A stretch of 40,056 bases of DNA. It comes from a virus. Lineage: Duplodnaviria; Caudoviricetes. The position numbers and the translations under genes were made by a program. The notes beneath the pieces were generated by a model. That model saw only the letters and a program-made list of their open reading frames with translations. It ran no database searches and was not told where the DNA came from. The stretch spans positions 1 to 40,056 of IMG/VR virus record IMGVR_UViG_3300037851_000368. One strand, given 5' to 3'. Shown in pieces: positions 7,722-15,911 of this stretch (the first letter of the stretch is position 1; the number at the start of each line of letters is the position of its first letter).

Positions 7722-8342
7722 TCAGTTGGTCACGATCGCGCCCGCGACGAACCCCACCGCCAGCGCCCCGACCACCTTGCCGAGGGTGCCGCTGGGGAGA
7801 GTGAACAGCGGGCGGCCGGGCGTCACGGCCCGGAGGTCCGTCAGGGTCTGTTGTAGCCGGGCGATCTGCCCGGCGTCCCGCTGCGCCGCGGTGGTCAGGC
7901 TGTCCACCGCGGCGACCAGTCGGGCGGAGACGTAGCGGGCCTCGATCAGCTGGCCCCGCGTGGCGGTCAGGGCCGCCGTCAGGGTGTCAATCACCCCGCT
8001 GGCCAGGGCCAGCGTGGCCTCGAGGTCGGTCGCCGTGGGATCCTCCGCCAGACTGTCCGCCACCGCCTGCCAATCGGCGGCCTCCGCGAGCGCCCGGTCC
8101 GCGGTGGCGAGGGCGGTCCTGGTGGCGGAGTCGCTATGTGCGGCTCGCGTTCGGGCGGAGTCTGCCACCACCAAGGCCGCCTGTCGGGAGGTGTCCAGTT
8201 GGCGATTCTCCGCCACCAGCTCCCCGATGCGGCGTTCCAGCGCCCGCTCGTTGGCGGTCGGCCGGCGGCCGAGGACATAGCCCAGCCCCCCGGCCGCCAG
8301 GATCAGGGCCACCGTCAGGATCAGGCTGTGGCGCCAGGTCAC
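7722..8342 (-). CDS. Membrane-anchored coiled-coil protein (possible spanin-like)
   Basis: N-terminal TM, long Ala-rich coiled coil and C-terminal hydrophobic helix. Confidence 0.55.
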   Translation of the reverse strand: MTWRHSLILTVALILAAGGLGYVLGRRPTANERALERRIGELVAENRQLDTSRQAALVVADSARTRAAHSDSATRTALATADRALAEAADWQAVADSLAEDPTATDLEATLALASGVIDTLTAALTATRGQLIEARYVSARLVAAVDSLTTAAQRDAGQIARLQQTLTDLRAVTPGRPLFTLPSGTLGKVVGALAVGFVAGAIVTN

Positions 8343-8539
8343 GGCTCGTCCCGGCGGAGGAGGCGCCGTTGCGCGGCCGCGCGGCGTTCCTCGAGGCTGA
8401 TCTGGTAGGACGCTTCGGACTGGACGCGGCTGATCGGCGCGGTGGGATACCGCTGATAGGCGAGGGCTTGGGCCTCATCGCGGTGGCGGGCCTCGACGCG
8501 GCCGATCACCTGTTCCCCGAACACCAGCCAGGTGGCCAT
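8339..8539 (-). CDS. Hypothetical protein
   Basis: Coupled at both ends. Confidence 0.6.
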   Translation of the reverse strand: MATWLVFGEQVIGRVEARHRDEAQALAYQRYPTAPISRVQSEASYQISLEERRAAAQRRLLRRDEP

Positions 8540-8889
8540 CAGTTCACCGTCCCGTCCGCCACGATGAAGGGGATGGCCATCATGTCCATGTCGCCCGTCT
8601 TCGACCAGATCGCGTAGAAGGTCCGGCCGACGCCGAGCGGGAGGACGTAGGTGGTCAGGGCCGCCGCGTCCACCGTGTAGTAGAACCGCCCCGGCGTCCC
8701 GCTCCGCTCGCTGGCGGCCAGGCTGCCGACCGTGGCGTGGAGGGCGGCCCCCGTGCGGGTGGCCGCCAGTCGCAGGGTGATCCCGGTCACCGCGCCCAGA
8801 GCGGGTGCCCCCGCCGCGCCCGTGGTGCTGCTAGGCACCTCGACGTCCACCTGGAAACAGTAATCCGTCTTGCAATTCACGCGCTTCAT
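8539..8889 (-). CDS. Small beta-sandwich putative virion/adaptor protein
   Basis: Alternating beta pattern with PGRFYYTV; coupled to the repeat protein. Confidence 0.55.
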   Translation of the reverse strand: MKRVNCKTDYCFQVDVEVPSSTTGAAGAPALGAVTGITLRLAATRTGAALHATVGSLAASERSGTPGRFYYTVDAAALTTYVLPLGVGRTFYAIWSKTGDMDMMAIPFIVADGTVN

Positions 8890-10202
8890 GGGAAGCTCCC
8901 ATCCGTCAGGGTCAGGGCCGGGCCGCTGGTGTCCCGCAGGCCGACCGCGGGCAGGCTGGCGTCCGCCGGCGACAGGGCCGGGGTGCTGGTATCGGTCAGG
9001 TCGAGCGCCGGGGCGCTGGCGTCGGTCAGTCGGTACGCGGGCAGGCTGGCGTCGGCCAGATCGAGCGCCAGCTGGGACGCGAACGATGCCGACCCGGTGA
9101 GGCGGGCCGGGGTGGCGCGGCTGACGCCCGCCAGCGGGACGTCCTGCGTCAGGGCGCCGGTGAGCCGGTGGAGCGCCCGGACCTGTCCGGCGAGCGCCAG
9201 GTCCTGCGTGAGGGCCGCCCCCCGCACCCGGGCCGCGTGGCGGATCGTGCCCGCCAGGTTGGCGATCGTCCCCAGCCGGGCCGTGAGCCGGGCACTGGTG
9301 CGGATCGTCCCCGCCAGGGGCTGGTCCTGCGTCAGGACGCCCGTCAGCCGGGTACTGTGCCGGACCTGCCCCGCCACGTCGATCGTGCTGTCCACGAACG
9401 ACAGGGCACCGGTCAGGCGGGCGATCTGCCGGATCGTGCCGGCGACCGCCACATCCTGCGACAGGGCGCCCGTCAGCCGGGCGGTCTGGCGGACGGTCCC
9501 CACCAGCGGGACGTCCTGCGTCAGGGCGCCGGTGAGGCGTTGGCTGCCGCGGATTGTCCCGGTGAGGGGCTGGCGGGGGGCCAGGTCGCCCGTCAGACGG
9601 GCCGCCGTCACCCGCAGGGTGCCCGTGAGGGCCTGGTCCTGCGTCAGGGCGCCGGTGAGCCGGGCGGTGTGCCCGATCCTCCCCGCCAACGCCACCGAGT
9701 TGTCGGCAAACGTCAGATCCCCGGTCAGCCGCTGGCTGTGCCGGATCCTGCCCGTGAGGGCCTGGTCCTGCGTCAGGGACCCGGTCAGGCGCTGCGCGTG
9801 GCGGACCTGTCCGACCAGCGCTTGGTCCTGCGTCAGGACGCCGGTGAGCCGGGCACTGGTGCGGGTGGTGCCCGCGAGCGCGATCCGGGTACTCAGTTGC
9901 CCGGTGAGCCGGGCGGTATGGCGGACCTGCCCCGTCAGGGGCTGGTCCTGCGTCAGGGACCCGGTGAGGCGCTGGCTGTGCCGGATCGTGCCGGCGACCG
10001 CCTGATCCTGGGTGAGCGCCCCGGTGAGCCGCTGGCTGTGCCGGACGTGCCCGGCCAGGGGTTGATCCTGGGTAACCGCCCCGGTGAGTCGGCTACTGTG
10101 GCGGATCGTCCCGGCCAGCGCCACGATAGTGGCCGCCGCCCCCGCCGCGAGGAACGCGGGGCGGTTGAACCACCGATGCGGGCGCCGGAACGTCCACGCC
10201 AC
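8886..10202 (-). CDS. Tandem-repeat fibre-like protein (438 aa)
   Basis: About 17 repeats of LAGTIRHSxRLTGALTQDQP, then 6 repeats of LxDxSxPAxx. Confidence 0.75.
   Translation of the reverse strand: MAWTFRRPHRWFNRPAFLAAGAAATIVALAGTIRHSSRLTGAVTQDQPLAGHVRHSQRLTGALTQDQAVAGTIRHSQRLTGSLTQDQPLTGQVRHTARLTGQLSTRIALAGTTRTSARLTGVLTQDQALVGQVRHAQRLTGSLTQDQALTGRIRHSQRLTGDLTFADNSVALAGRIGHTARLTGALTQDQALTGTLRVTAARLTGDLAPRQPLTGTIRGSQRLTGALTQDVPLVGTVRQTARLTGALSQDVAVAGTIRQIARLTGALSFVDSTIDVAGQVRHSTRLTGVLTQDQPLAGTIRTSARLTARLGTIANLAGTIRHAARVRGAALTQDLALAGQVRALHRLTGALTQDVPLAGVSRATPARLTGSASFASQLALDLADASLPAYRLTDASAPALDLTDTSTPALSPADASLPAVGLRDTSGPALTLTDGSFP
8889..9059 (-). repeat. ~30-bp coding tandem repeat (6 units)
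   Basis: LADASLPAYR/LTDASAPALD/LTDTSTPALS/PADASLPAVG/LRDTSGPALT/LTDGSFP. Confidence 0.8.
9072..10118 (-). repeat. Degenerate ~60-bp coding tandem repeat (~17 units)
   Basis: Recurring GTCCTGCGTCAGGG and CCGGTGAGCCG blocks at about 60-bp period. Confidence 0.85.
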
Positions 10203-10210
10203 GGGCTACC

Positions 10211-10684
10211 TCAGCCGCCGAGTTCCTCGAACACCAGGACCCCCGAGACGTTGAGCGTCGGGCTGGGCGTGTTGGGCGACCCGATCGCCAGGTACTGCCC
10301 TGGGGACAGCACGATCCGCTCCTCCGGGGTAGGGCGGTAGTCCATCCCGCTCAGGGCGTTGAACCCCTCCCGGTGCAGGACCGTCAGGGTGCCGCTGCCG
10401 ACTGCCAGCCGCGTGCTGTTCATCCGCTCGACCGTGGCGCCGGTGGCGGGGTCGCCGAAGTGGAGGGGCGCCGGGGTGACGGACGCGCCCCCCGAGCCGG
10501 ACGTGACGGACCCGCTGCCCCGCGTGAACACCACCGGGAGCTGCTGGCTGGTCTCGTCGTCCTCCTGCGTGATGACGCAGCGGTGGATGACGAGACAGGC
10601 ATCAGACGGGGCCAGGATCTCGAAAAAGTCGTAGGCGCCTGCCCAGGACACATCCTCGAACGTGGCAGCGTAGACGCGGCCCAT
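10211..10684 (-). CDS. Putative virion structural protein (beta-rich)
   Basis: Gly/Ser/Thr-rich beta protein with an AGAGG SD-like site. Confidence 0.65.
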   Translation of the reverse strand: MGRVYAATFEDVSWAGAYDFFEILAPSDACLVIHRCVITQEDDETSQQLPVVFTRGSGSVTSGSGGASVTPAPLHFGDPATGATVERMNSTRLAVGSGTLTVLHREGFNALSGMDYRPTPEERIVLSPGQYLAIGSPNTPSPTLNVSGVLVFEELGG

Positions 10685-10687
10685 AGG

Positions 10688-10801
10688 TTACCTCTGGAGC
10701 TGGGGGGTGAACCACCGCCCCATCGGGGGCGACGGCAACAGCGGGAACGGGTCAACCGGCGGGGGGGGCGCCACGAACAGCAGGAGGTCGTACCAGGCCA
10801 C
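10688..10801 (-). CDS. 37-aa Pro-rich peptide, not in the ORF track (MAWYDLLLFVAPPPPVDPFPLLPSPPMGRWFTPQLQR)
   Basis: Fills the gap between two genes almost exactly; GTG start 1 nt after the upstream stop; AAGGTGG upstream. Confidence 0.55.
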   Translation of the reverse strand: MAWYDLLLFVAPPPPVDPFPLLPSPPMGRWFTPQLQR

Positions 10802-10802
10802 G

Positions 10803-11153
10803 TCAGGCCACCTTGCGGATGCTCGCGTCCACGGCGCGGTCAGTGCCCGCGATTTTCTGAATCGTCATATCCCACCCGTTGATGAGCAGGAGCGCGGGCG
10901 ACACGAAATTCTGCGCCTGTGCCCCCATCAGGTAGAACGTGGCCGTGACGCGCTTCGCGCCGCCTGTGCCCTCCACCTTCTCATAGATGCGGACCACGTA
11001 CTCGTCCCCTTTGGCGAACACCGCGCCGTCGATGAACAACTGATACACGCCGTCATCGGTCACGGTTTGCAGGGACGTGGTGCCGGAGACGATAGACAAC
11101 TCGGTCGCCCCGACCGTCACGCCGTCCAGTTCGTAGGGTTCCGTGATTGCCAT
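10803..11153 (-). CDS. Putative virion structural protein (beta-sandwich)
   Basis: GAGG SD; beta-rich sequence. Confidence 0.65.
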   Translation of the reverse strand: MAITEPYELDGVTVGATELSIVSGTTSLQTVTDDGVYQLFIDGAVFAKGDEYVVRIYEKVEGTGGAKRVTATFYLMGAQAQNFVSPALLLINGWDMTIQKIAGTDRAVDASIRKVA

Positions 11154-11156
11154 GCG

Positions 11157-11981
11157 TTACCTCACCGCGTAGATGTGGCCGTCATAGGCGGCGTCGTTCG
11201 CGCCGCTGTTGCTGGCGAGCAGACTGATGCGCGTCCCGGCCGGCACGTTCCGGAACGCCGGGATGATGGTGCCCGCCGTGCCGCAGTCCTCCGCCGTGTC
11301 CTTGTAGAACATCCACGACCCGATGCGCTCCTCGGTCGCCGCCCCCACGCCGATGCCGATGTTGACGTGCCCGGCGGGCGTGATGGTCGTGTCGGTCGCG
11401 GGCTGGAACCCCGGCGACAGGGCGAAGTAGTTGTAGGCCGACGACGCAATCATCTCCGTGACGCTGGCCGTGCCGCCGCTGGCGGTCGGGGTCACCGCCT
11501 TGCCGCGTGCGCCGTTAATCTCGGTGCCGAGGACGTCCACCTTGGCCCCGACCCGGAACGGCGGGACGCCGCCCGCGAACAGCTGAACCAGTACCCGCGC
11601 CGTGATGCTGGTCCGCACGCTGGTCAGGAACGCCGCCAGCCGCACGCCACCGGGAATGTGCAGCGGGAAAAAATAGGAGTACCCGCCCTGACTCGCGGGG
11701 GAGTAGCCGCAGATCAGGTCGGGAATCAGCACGTCGTCGGTCGCCCCACCAATCAGCAGCGTGCATTTGGCCTCAGAGGCCGTGGCGCTGGCCCCGGTGG
11801 CGAGGACGTTGACCAGAATCCCCCACGACTCCTGATTGTTGTTCGCCGCCGACAGGATTTCCGTCACCGCCCCGTCCAGGAGGGTCGTGGCGTTGCTCGC
11901 GATGCCGGTGCCCGGCGTGGCCGTGCCCACGATGCCGTAGTTCGTGACCACCTTGATATCGGATTGCATCGTCCAGAGCAT
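11157..11981 (-). CDS. Putative virion structural protein (two beta domains)
   Basis: Start MLWTMQS with TAATG overlap; Thr/Gly/Ala-rich. Confidence 0.65.
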   Translation of the reverse strand: MLWTMQSDIKVVTNYGIVGTATPGTGIASNATTLLDGAVTEILSAANNNQESWGILVNVLATGASATASEAKCTLLIGGATDDVLIPDLICGYSPASQGGYSYFFPLHIPGGVRLAAFLTSVRTSITARVLVQLFAGGVPPFRVGAKVDVLGTEINGARGKAVTPTASGGTASVTEMIASSAYNYFALSPGFQPATDTTITPAGHVNIGIGVGAATEERIGSWMFYKDTAEDCGTAGTIIPAFRNVPAGTRISLLASNSGANDAAYDGHIYAVR

Positions 11982-12006
11982 TAGCGCCCCACTGGGTAGG
12001 GGATCA

Positions 12007-12786
12007 TCAGCGCCACCGCCGGGCGAAAAAGCCAGGGGAGGCGGTCGCCGGGGCAGCGACCACGCGCCGGCGGTGCCGCGTGAACGGAGCGAACGGGTGA
12101 TTGGTGACCAGCGCCGCCTCCCCTGGCGACAGGGCGCGATTCCAGAGCGCGACAAACGACAGGGCACAGTCCGCGGCGTCTACCGTGGTATTGGCGTCCC
12201 CAATCGTCAGCTTCGTGACCGCGCCACCACCCCGAGACGGCGCGTAGGTGGCACGCAGGGTTCCGTCCGTCCACGACTCGGCGTAAGCGGTGCTGCCCGC
12301 GTGGCTGAACAGGATCGCGTGGTCTCGGTTGTCGTTGGCCGCGACCCCACTGTTCCCCGCGGTGGCGGAGTTCATGTAGAGGCCAACACGGTCGCTGGAA
12401 CTGATATAGCGACGCCGCACCTGGCAATTCCCGCCCAAGACCTCGAAATACACCGCATTCGTGCTACTGCTGATGGGGCGGAGGTGGAGCAGGACGGTGA
12501 ACGCCCCACTCGCCAGTCCCTGCCCGCTCGGGATATTCACGTCGAACTGGTGACAGTCGTCTGTGCCGTCGTACCGCCAGGTACGCCCCGCCGCCGACCA
12601 CGAGCGCACGGGCGCCCCTCGGAGCACCGTCGCGGACAGCGGCGCCTGACCGGGCCGGTGCAGCGTCGGCACCGGCCCGTCAAAGACCACGACCCCGTAC
12701 AGATCCTCCCACAGCCCGCGCCACTGCGGGGCCACGTCGCCGGGCCAACGGGCCACGGTGCGGGCGGTGGGCGCGAGCGGGGCCAT
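12007..12786 (-). CDS. Putative LamG/ConA-like lectin-domain virion protein
   Basis: YDGTDD...FT.LL...DG...LTIG...VALWNRALSPGE pattern typical of LamG-like domains. Confidence 0.65.
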   Translation of the reverse strand: MAPLAPTARTVARWPGDVAPQWRGLWEDLYGVVVFDGPVPTLHRPGQAPLSATVLRGAPVRSWSAAGRTWRYDGTDDCHQFDVNIPSGQGLASGAFTVLLHLRPISSSTNAVYFEVLGGNCQVRRRYISSSDRVGLYMNSATAGNSGVAANDNRDHAILFSHAGSTAYAESWTDGTLRATYAPSRGGGAVTKLTIGDANTTVDAADCALSFVALWNRALSPGEAALVTNHPFAPFTRHRRRVVAAPATASPGFFARRWR

Positions 12787-12787
12787 C

Positions 12788-13162
12788 CTACAGGCTCACC
12801 CCGTCGAGCCGGTACGAGCAGTCCGCATCGGTGTAGGTATCCGTCGTGCCGGAGCGGCGGACCCCGATCCGGAAGCGGTAGACCCCGCTGACTACAAAGC
12901 TCACGATGTTCGGGTCCGTGCCCTTGTCAATCGCAAACTCCATGAACGGCGTGGCGTCGCTGGTCTCCGAGGACGCATCCAGCGTCCCGTACACCGCGAC
13001 GAGGAGGTTGTCCGTCGGGGTGGCGGGTGGGTCGGCCGTCACCTGCACGTAGGCCGACTCCCCCGGATTCAGCGACACATAGGAGGAACCGCCGAAACTG
13101 AAAAACTGCTCCGTCGTGATTGATGTCAGCTGGGTCGCTGTCTGCTTGGAACCCCAGGCCAT
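12788..13162 (-). CDS. Putative virion structural protein (beta-sandwich)
   Basis: AGAGG SD; beta-rich; YRFRIGV. Confidence 0.65.
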   Translation of the reverse strand: MAWGSKQTATQLTSITTEQFFSFGGSSYVSLNPGESAYVQVTADPPATPTDNLLVAVYGTLDASSETSDATPFMEFAIDKGTDPNIVSFVVSGVYRFRIGVRRSGTTDTYTDADCSYRLDGVSL

Positions 13163-13171
13163 GAGAAACCT

Positions 13172-13516
13172 CTACTCGCTGATGCGCACGCCGAGGTGCG
13201 CAAACCGGACGGCGTACTCCGCCAGATAGGCCGATTTCCGCGTGGCGTACTTCGCCCGCGCCATTGCCGCCAACTCCGGGCTGGAGAGGTCACTGCTCTT
13301 CCGGAAGGTCAGCACCTCAAAGGCCAGCGACCCGCCATCCAGATCGGCTTTCTCCTGCGTGGTGAGGATCTGCCCTGCGAAGGGGGGCAGCTCGGCGCTC
13401 GGTGTTACCACCACGTTCGACCCCGCGACTTGCGCGGGGGATGTGATGGGGAACAGGAACAGCAGCCGATACTCCTTGTTCGCGTCCCCGTCGAGGACGG
13501 TGATCTCGTTCGCCAT
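13172..13516 (-). CDS. Hypothetical protein
   Basis: Strong SD AAGGAGGAGG. Confidence 0.7.
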   Translation of the reverse strand: MANEITVLDGDANKEYRLLFLFPITSPAQVAGSNVVVTPSAELPPFAGQILTTQEKADLDGGSLAFEVLTFRKSSDLSSPELAAMARAKYATRKSAYLAEYAVRFAHLGVRISE

Positions 13517-13528
13517 GCCCCCTCCTCC

Positions 13529-13714
13529 TTAGCCGATCCGTGGATACGCCAGCCGGAGCGCGGCCCGTTCGTGCCACGCCCCGCGACGCCGCTTGCCCGT
13601 CACTCGGTACACCCGCCGGGGCGGGGCCGGGGGCGGGAACGGCAGCCACACGGTCCACCCCCGCGCCACCGCCTCCGCCTGCAGCGCGGCATACGCCTGC
13701 TCCACCGGGCTCAC
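13529..13714 (-). CDS. Small basic hypothetical protein
   Basis: GTGA-coupled start. Confidence 0.45.
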   Translation of the reverse strand: MSPVEQAYAALQAEAVARGWTVWLPFPPPAPPRRVYRVTGKRRRGAWHERAALRLAYPRIG

Positions 13715-13923
13715 CGCTTCAGCCACGCCCCGCGCCCCAGCGCGGCCCGGCCCATCGCCGCCCCCAACCTCTCCCGCGCCATTTTGGGCGGGATGGGCGC
13801 GATCCCCGCCTTCGGGGACCGCTTCCCCGGCCGGGGCGTCGGCCCCACCCGTCGCGCCCATTCCTCCTCCGTCAGCCCACTGGGCATCCCGACCGAGAAA
13901 GACCGCTCCGTGAACCGCGTCAC
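13711..13923 (-). CDS. Small basic hypothetical protein
   Basis: GTGA-coupled at both ends. Confidence 0.45.
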   Translation of the reverse strand: MTRFTERSFSVGMPSGLTEEEWARRVGPTPRPGKRSPKAGIAPIPPKMARERLGAAMGRAALGRGAWLKR

Positions 13924-14399
13924 GGCACCCTCACCGCCGAGACCGCCACCCCCGCCACGGTCGGGGGTGCGGGCGGCACATACTCGAACGGCGTAACCCC
14001 GCAGTTGGACGGCACCGGGTCGGAGGCGATCGCCGAGATCAGCCGGCCGCCCTGCACGCCACCCCGAAACGACAACACGCAGACGGACACCTGCCCGGCC
14101 TGCGCCACGGCGTCCAGGGGCTGACGGCGCTCGAACGCCCGCGCCCCCGGCGCCAGCGTGGTCCGGGTGCCGAGGCCGGCCGCGTTGACCACCACGACGA
14201 GGGAGTCCAGCGGCCCCCGGCCATCGGTGCCCGGTGCCTGCCACGTCGCGGCGACCACCAGCGTGTCCGGGGCGTCCACCGCGGCCACGATCGTGGCCGC
14301 CACCGCCGTCCGCCTGGCTTCCGGTCCCCGGGCCAGAGACGGCGCGGCCACCGCCGCGCACCCCAGCGCCACGAGGAGCCCCATGACGAGCGGCCTCAC
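13920..14399 (-). CDS. Secreted or lipoprotein candidate with FN3/Ig-like domain
   Basis: MRPLVMGLLVALGC signal/lipobox-like start; WQAP..DG..PL FN3-like motif. Confidence 0.55.
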   Translation of the reverse strand: MRPLVMGLLVALGCAAVAAPSLARGPEARRTAVAATIVAAVDAPDTLVVAATWQAPGTDGRGPLDSLVVVVNAAGLGTRTTLAPGARAFERRQPLDAVAQAGQVSVCVLSFRGGVQGGRLISAIASDPVPSNCGVTPFEYVPPAPPTVAGVAVSAVRVP

Positions 14400-15043
14400 A
14401 GCTGCACCACCAGCGCCCCGGTAGCGAATTCCGGGGTCGCACCCGCCGCCACCGTGACCGCCGTGTAGGGCATGAACAGCGCGGCCCCGCCGGCCGTCAC
14501 GTTCACCGCCGCCCCGCCCGACGTGGTCGAGAGCTTGAACGCATCCGTCGTCAGGCCGCTGGCCAGGACGTAGTAGGCCGTGTTCTCGCTCAGGCCGGTG
14601 GGGATCACCGCGCCCGGCGCCGCCAGCACGAAGACGCGCTGGTCGGTCGCCAGCCCGTGGCTGTACGCCGTGATGAGGTCCGCCGTGTCGCACGTCCCCA
14701 CGATCGGCGGGTCCGCGTCGAGGAACCCGATCGCCTTCAGCGTCCCGGCCGTGCTGGCCGTGTAGATGCCAAACCCGATCACGTCCTGGTTCGACCCGCT
14801 GTTCACCGGGAACGTGACGGCCGCATCGTTGGCCTTCTGCCGTCCGCCGGTCGGGCTGGTGTTCGCCGCCGCGCCGAAACTGCAGGACGGCCGGGTGCCG
14901 TACCCGGTATAGCTCGCCTCGGTCACGGTGCCGGCCCGAAAGTCGCTGATCGCCGTCAGCAGGCCAACATACGGGGTCCATGCGGTGAGGGTCACGCCAT
15001 CCATCGTATTCAGGATGTCGTCACGGAGACTATGGGTCAGCAT
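14396..15043 (-). CDS. Minor tail / fibre-attachment-like protein with inserted beta-barrel domain
   Basis: YVGLLTA...TEASYTGY.R...N.AAVTFP...F.TGALVVQL, with an inserted HGLAT..RV...PTGL..NT.YYV...FKLSTT domain. Confidence 0.7.
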   Translation of the reverse strand: MLTHSLRDDILNTMDGVTLTAWTPYVGLLTAISDFRAGTVTEASYTGYGTRPSCSFGAAANTSPTGGRQKANDAAVTFPVNSGSNQDVIGFGIYTASTAGTLKAIGFLDADPPIVGTCDTADLITAYSHGLATDQRVFVLAAPGAVIPTGLSENTAYYVLASGLTTDAFKLSTTSGGAAVNVTAGGAALFMPYTAVTVAAGATPEFATGALVVQL

Positions 15044-15046
15044 GGA

Positions 15047-15241
15047 TCAGAAGCTCCAGTCCGGCCGGCCGTCGCCGTCCTTGTCGGTGAGGGCACGGGA
15101 CAGCGCCGCCACCACGGTTGAGATCACGCTGATGACCGTCCCGACCTGCGGCCCGACGATCGCCAGCACTTCGGCGGTGTTGAGTGCTCCGAAGACGGCC
15201 GCCGCCACCGCCAGCCATCCCCACATCTTGCCGAGTACCAT
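15047..15241 (-). CDS. Holin candidate (2 TM)
   Basis: Directly after the endolysin; GGAGG SD; two hydrophobic helices; charged tail DKDGDGRPD. Confidence 0.65.
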   Translation of the reverse strand: MVLGKMWGWLAVAAAVFGALNTAEVLAIVGPQVGTVISVISTVVAALSRALTDKDGDGRPDWSF

Positions 15242-15255
15242 CCTGCCCTCCATCG

Positions 15256-15669
15256 TTAGGCCGCACTCGCGGCAGTTTCCACCTGCACCCGCCACCCCCG
15301 CCGCTCGATGTGCGGCCAATCATTGAACGTCACCCCGTGCAACAGCGTGGCGTGATGCGCCAGCGCCTGCCGCAACCACTGCCACCCCGCCGCGTTGACC
15401 ACCCACGACGGCTGCAGCCCCGGCCGGTCGCTGCTGTCCAGCACCACGTCGATGGCCAGCCCGTAGTTGTGGGCCGACTGCCCGGCCGGGGCCGCCCGCG
15501 GCCCGCCCGCCTGGTAGATGCGGTAGAGGTCCGCCTGCTCCGCGAGCGATCGGAACCCGCTCAGGGCGTAGAACGTGAAGGGCGCGTCCTGAAAGACGGC
15601 CTCGACGTCCGCCACGAATGCGGGGTCGAGTTGCCCCCGCCGGGCCGCCGCCCGCCAGACCAGCGTCAT
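15256..15669 (-). CDS. Endolysin, peptidase M15 family
   Basis: SGFRS.AEQ..LY, SAHNYGLAID and DWPHIE Zn-binding motifs. Confidence 0.9.
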   Translation of the reverse strand: MTLVWRAAARRGQLDPAFVADVEAVFQDAPFTFYALSGFRSLAEQADLYRIYQAGGPRAAPAGQSAHNYGLAIDVVLDSSDRPGLQPSWVVNAAGWQWLRQALAHHATLLHGVTFNDWPHIERRGWRVQVETAASAA

Positions 15670-15911
15670 CGGGTGACCCCGGATTCCAGCAGCCGGTCCA
15701 GCTTGCTCTCGATCCGATCCAGTTGCCGTCCCCGCGCCTCGGCCTGCGCCTTGAGGACGCCGATCTCCACGTCCTGATCGGCGTTCCGGACCTCCGCGGT
15801 GGCGACCCGATCGGCGTTCGCCCGCACTTCGAACCCGACGAGGGCAAACGCCACGGTCAAAACGACCCCCACGATCCACCGCCAGGTCGGCCCCAAATCC
15901 GCTCGCGTCAT
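15666..15911 (-). CDS. TM + coiled-coil lysis-cassette protein (holin/antiholin-like)
   Basis: Single N-terminal TM and LDRIESKLDRL coiled coil, immediately upstream of the endolysin. Confidence 0.6.
   Translation of the reverse strand: MTRADLGPTWRWIVGVVLTVAFALVGFEVRANADRVATAEVRNADQDVEIGVLKAQAEARGRQLDRIESKLDRLLESGVTR

Noticed and set aside
9072-10118. CRISPR array or DGR template/variable repeat
   Set aside because: The repeats are degenerate, in-frame and coding, with no unique spacers; no cas or reverse transcriptase gene is visible.
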